From Raillietiella orientalis (taxonomy: Eukaryota): 64,000 nucleotides of DNA. The first letter of the stretch is position 1. Each line of letters starts with the position of its first letter. The stretch spans positions 2,294,001 through 2,358,000 of the forward strand of contig JAYWIR010000026.1 in the NCBI GenBank assembly GCA_036172245.1. The letters run 5' to 3'. The notes beneath the pieces were generated by a model. The model made no database searches and was not told where the DNA came from. It saw nothing but the letters and a program-made list of their open reading frames with translations. The translations under genes and the position numbers were made by a program. Of the stretch, positions 49,161-64,000 are shown piece after piece.

Positions 49161-50830
49161 ATGAAATGCCATTCTGAAAGCATTTCGCTTGGTGTGAATG
49201 TTTAGCGGGGCCCCGCGTTACTGATGCCATAGAGACACAGCTGTATCCGGCGGATGCATGTGAATCCACTTTTCTTTTCTTTTTCTTTTTTTTTTTTTAA
49301 AAAAAAAGAAAGTAGAAGAAAGAAAGGAACCGTGATTCCTGTTTTGCGATGAATCGCACCCTTTTTTTAACCTTTTTTAAACACGTGATGCGTCTGGTGA
49401 TATCTGCGGCTAATTCGCACATCTCCTCAGCAGTTCGAGATTTTGCTGCATGTTGCGGTGCGTAACCATGGCGATTTCATCTTCGTGAAAGGCTGGTCCA
49501 CAAAAAAATAGAAAGCCATCTTATCGAGGAAATTCCTTAAAACACGAAAACAACTTCGTAGAGTAACCTTCTATCTTTTGCTGCTTGTCGGTTCGGCGCA
49601 GCCTCGCTTCCAGCAGCTTTCCTAATTGATTTTTCTCCCAGGTCATGAAACGCCCCAGGTGAAGTCGAAGATTACTTGAATAAGGGGACTGCGGGCGAAA
49701 TTGCGCGTCCCGAGATGCCCGCGTGCAAGCACGGGAAGCGTCTTGGATTTTCAGGGGGGGCGGGCGTTCTGCCGGTCTTTCGTTTCGTTCTCCCGGGAAC
49801 GGTTTGGACCGCCATCCTGCCGGCCGGCCCTCCTTTCCTTCCTTTGCTCCCAGCAGGGAAAAAGCAACGGCAGCCGGCAGCGTGTACCAGAGGCGTCCCG
49901 TCCAGGATGCTGGGTGATGGCGCCGTGGTGGCGGTGGGGGAGGAGGAGGCAATCCCTCGTCTCGGGGATCCTGCAGACGTGTGCCGCCGGGGGTGGCGAT
50001 GCGGCGACGGCACGGCTGCTATCGGGAACTGCGGCGGAGGAACCTCCCCCCCACCCCTCCAGGCGCATCTCGCGTCGCACGGCAACCTTCTTCTTCTCCT
50101 GCTCGATCGGCGTCCCGGAGGGGGGCGTGAAAGCGTTCACCTGGAGCCGGGGTGCAGCCGCGGCTGCTGCCGTCGCTCGAGGTCTGATTGCCGTGCCTGC
50201 TCGCGCCGCGGTTGCCCCGGGTTACGCGAGCGCGCCCGACGCGTGCGGGGGATGACGCAACTCGGGCGCGCACACCTGTCGCTGGGAGTCGCGGCAGTCG
50301 GCTGAGGGCCCGCGAAGGCACACGGACTGCGCGGAAGTCGGCTGGCGCGCAGCCCGTCCGTGCAGTGTGCACCGAAGCGAAGGTGTTTGGCAGCCAACGC
50401 GCGTGTACGTACACACGTGATGCACACATAAAATAAAAACGAAAAAGATCCCCAGTCATGTTGTGTAAACGTTGAAGTGTGAATTGTTTCGTCAGTCGTG
50501 ACGGATAATGCGGTACGATGAGGAAAGCACGGTGCCAGCCTATGCAATTTGGAACACGTGAATTTGGTGTTTACGCCCTCCTTTGCTTTTGCTTTTCTTT
50601 GAAGTGGACAGAGGCTCATGAAGTAGCCACCGGCACACACAGTGAAGACAATGTAGTATCACAGCTTAGTGATTATCCGGTATAGTACTTTTTTCCATGT
50701 TGGTTTCCGGTCAACAAAGAAAAAAAGTAACGGGGTGTTTTGGATGACGATAACGAGATTTCGGTTTTTAGCTAGGCCTGTTATACTTTCCATTAATTAA
50801 TTTCATTTGGTAAATGCACGCAACTTTCAG

Positions 50831-54104
<3,274 letters not shown>

Positions 54105-54134
54105 ATGTTCTGCACATTTCGAAATAGTTCATAT

Positions 54135-54926
54135 TTAATGAAGCATCAACAGAAAGTCTTGGATTTGCACTGGAATTTCTAATTTTCTCAGCAAGCACTC
54201 CAGTGGTAACCCATTCCACACTTTGCTAAGCCATTCACGAATGTAAATTCGGCACAACCATGAAAGAGGTACAGGAAGTACAAATAGTTGGTGCATATCA
54301 AGGCAGCAGTTACAGTTATGGGAGCATTTACTTAACAAGTGCTGGCATGCACCAGCCTTGAAGATGAGTTTTGCCAAAGACATGTCACAATTATGGATAG
54401 CGTTAAAAAGAGGTGTACGATTTTCATTATCATGAAAATCAATGCGAGCACCCATTCTAACCAACAAATGTGCCACATGGTGATATTTTTGGTATTTCAG
54501 TTTTTGTGTACACAAATACAATGGGCACTGTCTAAAGTTTTCTGCTTTTCTTAAGTTTATTTGGTTAGACAGGAGTAACTTGATAATATCGAGATGCAAT
54601 TTGTCAACACAAACCCATAAAAGGGAATGGCCGTAAACGTCGGTAATGTTCACATTTGCCCGATCGCTAATCAAAAGTTTTGCCATCTCGAACAGTCCAA
54701 GTCTACAAGCAGCAAGCAGTGGAGTTTCTTTTTCATAATGCTGGTCTTTTCCAAGTACATCAACATCTGCTCCATAGCTCAAGAGGATTTTGGCGGCTGT
54801 TGCATCGTTGTTGTAGACTGCCAAACTTAAGGCACTGTTGCCATGTATGATTTTCGATATGTTGCTGATGCTCGCAGATATTTTTTGTACCTCACTGTGG
54901 TTTCTGGAGAGAATGGCCAGGCGCAA
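54135..54926 (-). CDS. Ankyrin repeat and SOCS box protein (ASB-like E3 substrate adaptor); N-terminus probably extends further 5'
   Basis: Ankyrin repeats 'GNSALSLAV..LLSYGADVD', 'ETPLLAAC..LLISDRANVN', 'GHSLLW', 'CPLY', 'RTPLFNAI'. C-terminal SOCS box 'PVPLSWLCRIYIR...LRKLEIPVQIQDFLL'. Confidence 0.9.
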   Translation of the reverse strand: MRLAILSRNHSEVQKISASISNISKIIHGNSALSLAVYNNDATAAKILLSYGADVDVLGKDQHYEKETPLLAACRLGLFEMAKLLISDRANVNITDVYGHSLLWVCVDKLHLDIIKLLLSNQINLRKAENFRQCPLYLCTQKLKYQKYHHVAHLLVRMGARIDFHDNENRTPLFNAIHNCDMSLAKLIFKAGACQHLLSKCSHNCNCCLDMHQLFVLPVPLSWLCRIYIREWLSKVWNGLPLECLLRKLEIPVQIQDFLLMLH

Positions 54927-55249
54927 GTCTTGGGCCGAATACCTTTTACCTGGAATGAGTTCCCCGTTGCCACCGTTGCTACACTTTAGCAGCCGCCACC
55001 GCTGACTGGAATTCCCATCCCGAACGGATCACTCGGACGCTTCGTCTCCAACGGCAACGACGGCGGAAAATCGCAAATTCTGCACTTTTCCATGCACGGT
55101 CTCGAAGTGGTGGTTGCTTTGTGACGGAGAGTCGGACGCCCCCTCCCCCCCCCCCTTTTTTTTTTGTATTTGAAAAAAAAAAAAGAAAGCTTGGCCATCT
55201 GGAAATTACTTCTGTGCTGGGGTTACAGCATCCTTGTGCGAGCACGTCT

Positions 55250-56400
55250 CGAAATTCAGGGACCTCGCTGGCACCAATGCAACTTTCCTTTTGGTTTCTC
55301 CTCCGTGGAGCGCGCCCTGCCCGGACTGCGTTTCTTAAAATTCCCACCATCAATTCCGACTGCCTGCTTTTTTTTTCCTTTTTTTTTTCTTTTTTTTTCT
55401 TTTTACGTGAAGAGCAAAAGCGACACGCATTCCTCCCCGACACTGTCGAAGGTGACATAAGGCCGGACCTGGTCCCAGGTGCCCACGGCATTCACGAACG
55501 TACCGATTTTGAAACATCAAGACTGGCGGAGAGCATCGTCGGCAAAATAAACACGGTTCAGGTATCCCTAATTTAAGGATAAAAGGCTGCTGCTTCCCTG
55601 CCTCGGATTCTGCGATTGTTCCGTTTCTTCGGGAAGTCGTCTCCTCGTCGGTCGAGCAAGCCGTTTGCCATAGCCGTAGACGTTGCGGTGTTTCTTCTGG
55701 GATCGAAGACGGCTTTCACCTTTCGTGGACTTCGAACTCCGATTTGCCACACTAACATCCTCCCTCTTAGCCGAGCTTCTCTCTGAAGTTGCATTTTTTT
55801 TTTTTTTTTTTCCTTTCTTCCTTTCTTTCTTTATCCCGTCTGGAAGTCTTCGAAAACGAACGTCGCGCGCACGTATGTTTTGAAACAGCAATGACGTAAA
55901 ACGCGTCTCACGTCGGCCGCCTCGCTTTCCCGTGGTTCCACGCGATGAAGGAATTCACATTCAAAACTGCTCGATCGAGCGATCGACCCAATCGCACGAG
56001 GCGAATGGGGAATCCGGAAGCCCGTCGCGGAGCCCCTGAACTTTTGCTCCAGCATTCCTCCTTCCTGTAGGTTCCAGCTCGAGTCCTCGAGACGTACACG
56101 GACCTTCATGAAGTTCATCAATACGTAACTCAAATTGCTTCCGGATGCCGGCCGACAAGCGTTTCCAAGGTCGCTGCATCGGAGTCTGGTTCTTCCAGGA
56201 CCCACGCCGCAGACCCGAGACGCTGCTGGCGCCGTCGCAAGCGGCGTGGGGGCGTCGTGGTTCGCGCCGCACCACCGCGCCCTTGCAAGAAGCGAGTGGC
56301 TCCTCCGAAGAGCGCGTGCGCGACGCCGCAAGGGTGGGAGACTCTGAAGGTTTGCGGCGCAACCTCAGACTTGGCTCACGTGGGAGCGGCGTTCGATCCG
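55250..56400 (-). mobile_element. Decayed RTE-clade LINE reverse transcriptase
   Basis: 'DLGNACRPAS..LSY..FMKV..RLE', 'ATGFRIPHS', 'TFVFEDFQT', 'NGLLDRRGDDFPK' (GVRQGDxxSPK) and 'GYLNRVYFADDAL' (~55520-55567). Confidence 0.7.
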
Positions 56401-56699
56401 CAAGACAAGATGCCCGCGTGCGAAAAAGAGGGTAGGCGTCCAGAGGGGGGGGGGGGACAGGGCAGGCGGGCCTGAACTTGCTGCCACGTGCTGCCTCGGT
56501 TTCGCCTGGCCGTGACTTGAAAAGTAGCAACTTTTTGCACGTCGTTGCAACGTGTGTCTGGCAGGCTGGGCTGCTGTGATCACGCAAGGATGCAATGAAT
56601 CAGAAACGTAGTCGCTCTCATGCATCACCGTGAGGGCTGCTTGTGGGAGGATCGCAGCAGCAGGCTCCGACTCTCTTCACGTGAAAGCCCAGGCAACGG

Positions 56700-57380
56700 C
56701 CTCATGTTAAGATGCACGCGCACTCCGCATTGGAACTGCGCCCAGTTGTTATGGTGGCGGAACGAAGCCGACGGTTTCACAGATTGCACCCGGGCGCATT
56801 TGTACACGGTGTTCCCCGAGAACAACAGACAGACACACCCCTGGACTCGAGGAGGAGCTCCGTTCGTTCTTTGAGGGATGTAACGCGAAATGCGGAATGG
56901 TTGGATCACGTCACGCCTGAAGAAATCAAAAAGAAATCCCCCTTCCCTTTCCCTCCCCTCTCGCCTTTAAGCGTTCAGCATTTCCTATGATTCGCCCCTT
57001 GCGTGCCAGGCTGGAACGCTTGCTCGGCGGAGAAATCTGTGGAAACGACCGGTTGGACTTTTCCCCCAGATCTAACGAAGGTGCGAGCTGAGCTGCTCCT
57101 CACTGAGATGAAAAGCCAGCGAATAGCGGAGCGGAAGTGTCCCTTTCGAACGAAAAGGGCTTTAAACGTTGATGCAGCTGAAGGCAAGCTGGAGGATTAT
57201 CTTGCTGAGCGTCTTTTCCTGGATCGGTTTGGCACCTCTGCCCCAAAGGCAACCGTTCGGTGCATGGCCAGCAGCCTCCAAAGTGGGAAGGCCGTACGTC
57301 TGCCGCGGGAGGTTCATCTCGATGGCCGTTGGCAGGAAACCGTGCGGACGTCCTCCCCATCCTCGCTTGGTGGTTTTCTC
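56700..57380 (+). mobile_element. Decayed RTE-clade LINE 3' fragment
   Basis: 'LRPVVMVAE', 'RSLRDV..AEWLDHVTPEEIKKK' (W.DHVTNEEV) and 'RKPCGRPP'. Confidence 0.55.
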
Positions 57381-58449
57381 CCGACACCTACCCATAACGT
57401 CGTCGTGCGTAGCGCTCTTTTCAAAACAAAGGCAAAAAAACACGAAGAAAAAGGGAAGGTCATCCCGAACGCGGTTGGAAATGCACGGATGTTAACAATA
57501 AATGAATATGTTATATTGCACGAAACGTACAAAAGGTCAGTTTCGCCAAAGATTTTTCCGGAGTTTCCCCCCTTTCTTCCCCTCCTTTTGTTTAATCATC
57601 GCTTTTCAGAATTCAATCTGGAGTATGCACATCGGCACCAGGAACAATCGGTACAATGGCGTGGCAAAAAAGTTGAGGAGGCGGGGAGGTCATATTGCGT
57701 GCATCGAACCGTAAGGATTCCGAAATTCTCCAAGATGCTCTTACGATAAGATTAGGCATCACGCCAGAGAGCATTCCAGAGGTATCAGGCAAATCTTACT
57801 TGACGAGACGTTCCATCATTTTGAACAGAATCACCTGACTCTGGAAAGGACAGCTCAAACGTGGAACGGCAAACGCTTTCTAGTACGCGATGTGGCCGAC
57901 TTTGGCTCCCGGGAGAGACGAAACAGGAATAAAAAGAAAAAACGACGGGGGAAGAAGAGCACGAGGCAACTGGATGTCATTAGCGAAGTGCTTCTTGTGC
58001 GCACACAGCGGCTGGCAAACATTCATTACCTCGGATCGACAGGTCAAGGGAGGGCTCGAGAGGGAAACAAAAACAGCCATTAGGAGAAGCTCCCTTTGTT
58101 ACCCCCGCGCATGGGGAGCCCCCACTTGCACGCAGAGTCTTCCCTTGCCCGCGCGAAACGCACGCACTCCAGCGGAAGGGACTCCCATCCGTCCACCCGG
58201 GGGGGGGGGGGGGGCAGGGGAGAACGCGCGTACAGCGTCCGGACTGGCGCACGCAAGAACACCCGGGCCGAGCGCGAAGCTCCTCTACAGCCCCGGGGAG
58301 ACGACGTGTGCGCCCGCCTTTTCCCGAGAGGCGCAAGCCCCGCTAGGAGGTGGGATCCCGGGGTGATGTCATCCTCACGCGACCCGTCCGCCTCGCCGTT
58401 AACGCTCGCTCGCCCGCACCTGCCAGAGAGGCACTGAGGGGGGGAGGGC

Positions 58450-59500
58450 GAGGGGGGCTGAGTTGAACGGGGTGCGAGCGGCGTCTGCGTGCTGCACGCT
58501 TTCTTTTCGGGACCGATCACGTCACTCCCACTCCGATTCCAGGTGCGTGCAGATACACGTTTCCACGTGTTTCCCTTCTGGGAAGCGGATGCTGCAGTGC
58601 TTCCGCGCGCGCGCGCACCGGTCGGCCAGGGCGACAGTGGCAATATGGCAGTGACGTACCCACTGGCGCTGTCCAGAACACCAGAAGTGCCCACGTATCT
58701 GCGGCAAACATATCTGCAAGAGCCCGGATCCTTATTCCATTCTTCGGCGGGGAAGGAAGTGGTCGCTGCGCCTCGGCAACCTCGAGCCATCTTCTCTTGG
58801 CTTGCTTGGGGAAGATGCGCGTTCTGCCTGGCACATCCTCGGGAGAGAAGAATCCTTGCTGTTGGCGAATTCCAATCCGGAAAGAGCCACGGCCATAAGG
58901 TGCTTCCCCTAAAAGTGCGGAGCGGGGCCAAGCAGGTCGCTGGTGAAAGCCGGGAATCCGCTCGGCTTCACGCCTGCCAAGCGCATGCAGCAGCCCTCTC
59001 ATCGCTTCCGTACGGCCGGGGCTGCGCAGAATTGGAGACACCGCTCAACACGTAAACGGGGGCATCCAGACCAAAAAAAAATAGGGCACGAGGGGATGCC
59101 CGTGGCACATCGAGCGTGGTGAGAACCTCTGCAGAGATCGTCAGCGACACGTAGGAACGCGTGCTTCACCCGTCTCCCCGAGATGCGATACGTGACGATC
59201 CTTCCGGCGCTGGCCAAGGTCGGGTTCGCTTCAGCGACGCCGAGCCAAGTTCGAGAAAAGTCTCGGCGCGTCTTTCCCTGCGACTGCCACCGACACGCCC
59301 ATCGGGGATCATCCATGGTAGGCCTGGATCCGAGAGCTGCTTCCCGCGTCCAGCATCGCACATGGCAGGAGCGCGAGCGAAAGCACGTGCACGGAACGCA
59401 TCCGAACCAGGATGCGTTCTCCGGACACAAAGGCCAAAGGGAAAGGCTTGCGTAGCAACGAACTTCCGGGGTTCTCCCGAAGGAGGAAATTTTGCTGAGG
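58450..59500 (-). mobile_element. Decayed RTE-like LINE reverse transcriptase
   Basis: 'CFRSRSC', 'FRIGIRQQQGFFSP' (GIRQG..LSP) and 'NGIRIRALADMFAADT' (FADD). Confidence 0.5.
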
Positions 59501-60399
59501 ATGAGTCCACTGTGCCAAACTCGAGATAGGAAAACAACGCAACAACACGCTGCCTGGCACCTGGACGGGGCGAGGGGGGATCATCGAAGGGCGGAGCGTC
59601 CCGAAAGCAGATGACGCGAAAGCGTGTCGCAGGTTCATTCATACTGCGACTCCTTGCCGTACGTATCAGCGGCGTCCCGCGCACTCTCCCTGCGGGAAGT
59701 CGATTTCCGTGAGCTTCCCTTGGCAGAAACCGAACGACCACCGAAGAGGAACGCCACTTCACTGAATTCGGGGGCGGTCTCTCCGGGCGACACGTGCACC
59801 CCCTGCGACTCGATCACCACCGCCGCTCATCTTCCCGATTTCTTTCCGGTTGCCGTGCGCGCGCCGCACGCGGAAGGGTGGGTTGCTTCCGTCGTCGGAT
59901 GCGGATGTGTGCGGTCCCCGGGATCACGTCGACGCCGAATCACCGCGCGTAAGCGAGGCAGACGAACTGTCCCAAGGAAGGGCCTCGATCCGCAGCTGAT
60001 CGCATGCAGCCGAAGTGCAGCTGTTCGACAGACTATCGAGGATTCCCGCGATTAATCTGCCACCGCAGATTAATTACGGGAAAGCGGCTCCCCCGAACGA
60101 ATCTCCAGCAGCAAGTTCACGCGATAGACTGCCACGACGCTTCCTGCCAACGGCCCGTTCCAGCTCACCTCTTCTGAAGTGGTAGGCTTCCATATCGCTT
60201 CCCTTTTCCACAGCAGCTCCACTTCCCACACGACCCACCGCGCCTTCGTTCGCCTGCCGTCCCCAAAATAACAACCCCTCCCCCCCCCCTTCCATGGATT
60301 ACTTTCTTCGCGCGAAGCGAGAAAGCCACACCCCAGTTCGACCTCAGCAGAAAAATCCAAGGATGCCCTACTTCGTTCGTGCCTCTCCCGGCGCCCTAT

Positions 60400-60900
60400 C
60401 AGTAATGGGAAGGCGCACCCCGATTTTCTCGGAGTTCAGAGGGCAGAGCTCGCATGCATGAGGAAAAGAAACGGCGTTCGTTTGCAGGCCAGGGTAAGCG
60501 AAGACTCGCACCGCCTCTCGGCAGCAGCCGCGGAAGCATTGTCTTCGTCCCCCCCGCCCCCTCCCTATCCATCCTCTTACGCGCACCCCGATCCGCTCCT
60601 ATGGGTGGCTTCACGACCCGTCGGAACAAGAAGGCGGGGGCAGGGGGAACCGCATCCCTCCGGGAACCTCCTTCCGAACCTGATTGGGTCGCTGGGCTGA
60701 CGGACGTGCGCTCCACCCCTGCAAGCGGGTCGGGTGCCCCTGACCAAGATCGCGGACCCTTTCCTCCCTCCCACCGAAAGCGCACGCAAAGGGAAAAGCC
60801 TTCCTGGAACGCGGAGGAGGCGGCGAGACCGAAGCATGCGTACCCGCTGAATAAACCATCAGATATGAATGATTCGTCAACGATGCTCATCGTTGTGTCC
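60400..60900 (+). mobile_element. Possible RTE-like LINE 3' end fragment
   Basis: Weak matches 'LLWVASR' and 'DWVAGLTD...KRVGCP..R' to the RTE C-terminal W.GH..R / W..W.P..KR..GRP..RW pattern. Confidence 0.25.
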
Positions 60901-61599
60901 GAAGACAGGAGGGAAACGTCTGATGATGCTTATTGCGTTGAGGGCAGCAACCAGAAGCCAAAGAACACGTGAAGTGGAAAGATAAATCACAACACCTCTG
61001 GCGAAAAAATGCGAGAAGAAGGTTGGCGTACAAAGAGGAATACTAAAAGGGCGGGAAAGCACAAAACGCACAGGCAGACATACGGAACGAACCCCGTTAT
61101 CCCACACAAGTATGTCTCATCACGCATTCCCCCAATACTTCACAGGAACTTTACGGGACGCCGCGCTGCATCTCGACTGGAATTCGATGCATCCCATTTC
61201 CGTTGCAGCACGGTGAACCAGCAGGCGGGCTACCAGCCTTCGGGATGGACAGCGAGGTAAACAACCAATATTGTAAGATGCCATTTCCATCTTTTCCACC
61301 GCGCGAGCTTCCGTTCCACTCGAATTCAAATGCGCGATGCTTTCCTCAATGTGCGAAAACGCGCTGCTGTGAAATCACATTTCTCGTGTCGATCCCCTCC
61401 GGCGCTTCGGGAAAAGATTTCTTCAACGCGACGGCGCATCCGTCTTCCTCTCGTCAACGCTGGATCCATTTAGCGGAAAAGAGGCAGACGCTCTTGATGA
61501 GAAGAGATTTCTGCGAAACGGGTTAGCACCGCTCTCCCATTTGATGGCTATCCTTATTTGATGTTTGATTTCCAGAACTGCTAACAGTGCGAGAAGGTG

Positions 61600-63535
61600 A
61601 CGGATTCTGCAGCAGAGGGGAAGGAAGGGGGAGGAGCGAGGATACCACGTGAGGACATCGCCGCCAACCATCATCAAGTGAGCTACTTCCTGCCAAGTGG
61701 ATGCACTGGGCACCCATACCGGGTAGACGTCCCGGATTCGCACCCCCCTACCCCGCTCAACCCGCCCGCCCCATCTTCCCATCCTTCTCGGGGGAACTCT
61801 TGCTGGCATTGGCGAAGGCACACAGTCGCTGCTTGCCGTTCGGTCCAACCGAGGCGCGAGCGGAGACAGCGGTAACACGTGGACGCCGTTCCTGCTAACG
61901 AGGGAAGTAGCTCTCGAATCCGGGTCTACCAGGATGGGACTCTCTGTGGCAGGGGAAGATGCGCAGAGACTTTTCCAGAACGAAGTCGACAGTGCCTCCA
62001 CAACGACTCTGCTTTTTCTCCCTGCTCATCTCTCTCTTCCTTTCCGCTTCCTCGCGAGGTGGACGAAGCAGCAGCTCCTGGCGCGCCAGCAAGACTCCCG
62101 GAAGAGTGACGAGCCCCCCCCTCGCTTTGCCGGGGCACCGAAGTTTTTTGGGCACAGCTTGGCTCGGGTCTCAGCTTCCTCCCTCGCATCCCAGGGATGA
62201 GAAAGAATTCCGAGCTTGGACGCAGGTAGGGAGGAATGCCGCCGGGAACCGCGTTAGCGTACTCCGGGGAAGAGGATGGGGACAACTCTGCAGTCGAATG
62301 GCGTCGGCCGCGGAGGTCGATACCACGGCTGGGGCATGGAGATACTCCGTCTGGCACCAGGAACCACCTGCCCACCTTGCACGGCCTGAAAAAAAATGAC
62401 CTGTTGCTGCTGCCGCTTCTCCCTACGCCTGAGCCTGACATCGCTCCATTACTCAACGAAGCTGAGGCATGCGATGGCTCCGCTGGATTTCCGTGTGGTC
62501 CCTCGCCCCGAAGCGAATCGGCACCGATGGCGCAGACCCGTCGCCCTACAGTGCAGCGCTCTCCTCGCAAGCGGCACCCTCTTGATGTGAAAGGCATCCT
62601 CGGCGAAGACTCTCCCGATGCAGAGCTCCCCAGTGCCGTGCGGCCTGCACCCTCCGGCGATGGAGAATCCTGGAACCGCCTGCGTCCCGGCATCTACACC
62701 CGCTGCACGCTGCGGAACATGATCGAGTGTCCCGCCAGAAGCACGTGGGCGGAGACGACCCCACTGGCCACGGAGCTGCCCTTCCTGAAAAGGGCGCTTC
62801 ATAACAGCCGGAAGCCGAGGTGGCAAGTCTCCTGCCGGATAGCGGGCAAGGAGAAGGAGTTAAGTGGGTGGACCATGAGGGAACTGGCTGACGCCGCGAC
62901 CCCAAGCGTTCACCCGCGAGGAATCCAGAGATGGGGCGAGCTTCTTGGCATCCCTCTGGATGACCTAGAGTGGCCCCCGTCGTTTATTGATTCATCCATC
63001 CTCCCCCTCAAGTGGCAGGAAACGGCGCTGCTGTTGTTGCACTGGGGTCTTCCCTGCAACGCGCGCCGCCACCACTGGACGTTGGGGAACGTGGGACAGA
63101 ACTGTGCAGTGTGCGGGGAGAAGGAATCCCTCCCCCACCTGTTAGTGGACTGCGCTGCCCTCCGGCCCTTGTGGGAACGTTTTGCTACGACCTTCCCTAT
63201 GCCGGTCGGCAGTACCCCAGAGACGTTCTGAGACTCCTCTTTGTGCGAGACGCCCTGCCACCAGCCTCAAGCCTGGCAGCGCTTTGCTGCCTCCGAGGGA
63301 TTGTGGCCGCCTGGAGCGCAGCCAACAGAGGAAGCAGCGATAGGGACTCCATCGTACACGCGGGTCGCTACCTGCGAATCGCGATCGGCGGGTTCCATCT
63401 GGGAGCTATGACGAGGGATCTCGAGGGCATCCTGGAAAGGTTGATCTCTTCCTCCGGCGGGCTGTGATCCCTTCCCGGCCCTCCAAATAGTTTCTTTTTT
63501 TTTGTTTGTTTCATTTATTTTTCTTTTTGTTTTAC
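61600..63535 (+). mobile_element. L1/Tx1-type LINE 3' portion (post-RT, zf-RVT), best preserved copy, frameshifted near 63200
   Basis: 'KEGGGARIP' (GGLGIP). ORF 62236-63231 has 'ILPLKWQETALLLLHWGLP...NCAVCGEKESLPHLLVDCAALRPLW' (CxxC-H-C zf-RVT). It continues in another frame to a stop at 63467 and is followed by a T-rich tract at 63491-63533. Confidence 0.8.
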
Positions 63536-63539
63536 CCCC

Positions 63540-64000
63540 TATCCCCTCCGCTGCCGAGGAGAGTCAAGCCGGTCTGCGAACCGGCTTCCTGGCAGGTCCC
63601 ATGAACTATTGGCCGTAGCGGGCCCTAGTACCGCAGATGTACAGTGTTTATTCATAAACGACTCGGCGTGACCGGATGAGAACTCCGGCGACGAAAAGGG
63701 GGAGTCGACTCCCGCGGGATGAGCGTGGAGAAACGCTTCCCCGTCTTTCCACGTTCGACAGCAGCCGTTCTTGCAGGAGAAGGCGGGATTCCTGCGGCAA
63801 GGGGTGGCGGTTCCAGGAATTTCCGAAAGGAGCAGCCCGCTCTCTGCTTGCGGTAGGGATGGGGGTGGATAGGGAGGATGCTGTCGCGGTGGCCTGTGGA
63901 ACGAAGCGAGCACGGGGTGAGGGGACACGGAGAGCGAGATCGGAGACCTCGCGACCTTCACGACCTTCCCAGTCGCTCGGAGACCTCCTGACTGCGCTGG
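63540..64000 (-). mobile_element. Possible LINE endonuclease fragment
   Basis: 'GEAFLHAHP' (DAWRxxHP) and 'DRLD' (SRLD) in order; weak. Confidence 0.25.

Noticed and set aside
57003..57749. 248-aa ORF as a host gene
   Set aside because: It overlaps RTE relic motifs in other frames and has no recognisable domain or splice structure.

Overview
Eukaryotic (invertebrate animal) genomic DNA with very short spliceosomal introns (mostly about 45-110 nt). Four protein-coding genes are supportable: a FAM122/PABIR PP2A regulator (+, ~5854-10888); a giant large-lipid-transfer protein of the apolipophorin/Apoltp type (+, 15121-36658; signal peptide, Vitellogenin_N, beta-rich middle, VWD, C8, vWA-like tail; roughly 5,300-5,500 aa by hand estimate, with one ~8.7-kb exon); IRE1 kinase/RNase (+, ~50831-54104); and an ankyrin-repeat/SOCS-box gene (-, 54135-54926) whose stop codon lies 30 nt from that of IRE1. 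Nearly all intergenic DNA is decayed transposon sequence: several L1/Tx1-type LINE copies, RTE-type LINE fragments, an RLE-type (NeSL/Utopia/R2-like) fragment, Tc1/mariner remnants and a tRNA-derived SINE. The strongest large-scale signal is a sharp compositional mosaic: housekeeping genes sit in AT-rich, CpG-poor islands, while the lipoprotein gene and most repeats are very GC- and CpG-rich. I found no CRISPR array or clearly novel enzymatic system. All calls come from manual motif reading and need database confirmation.
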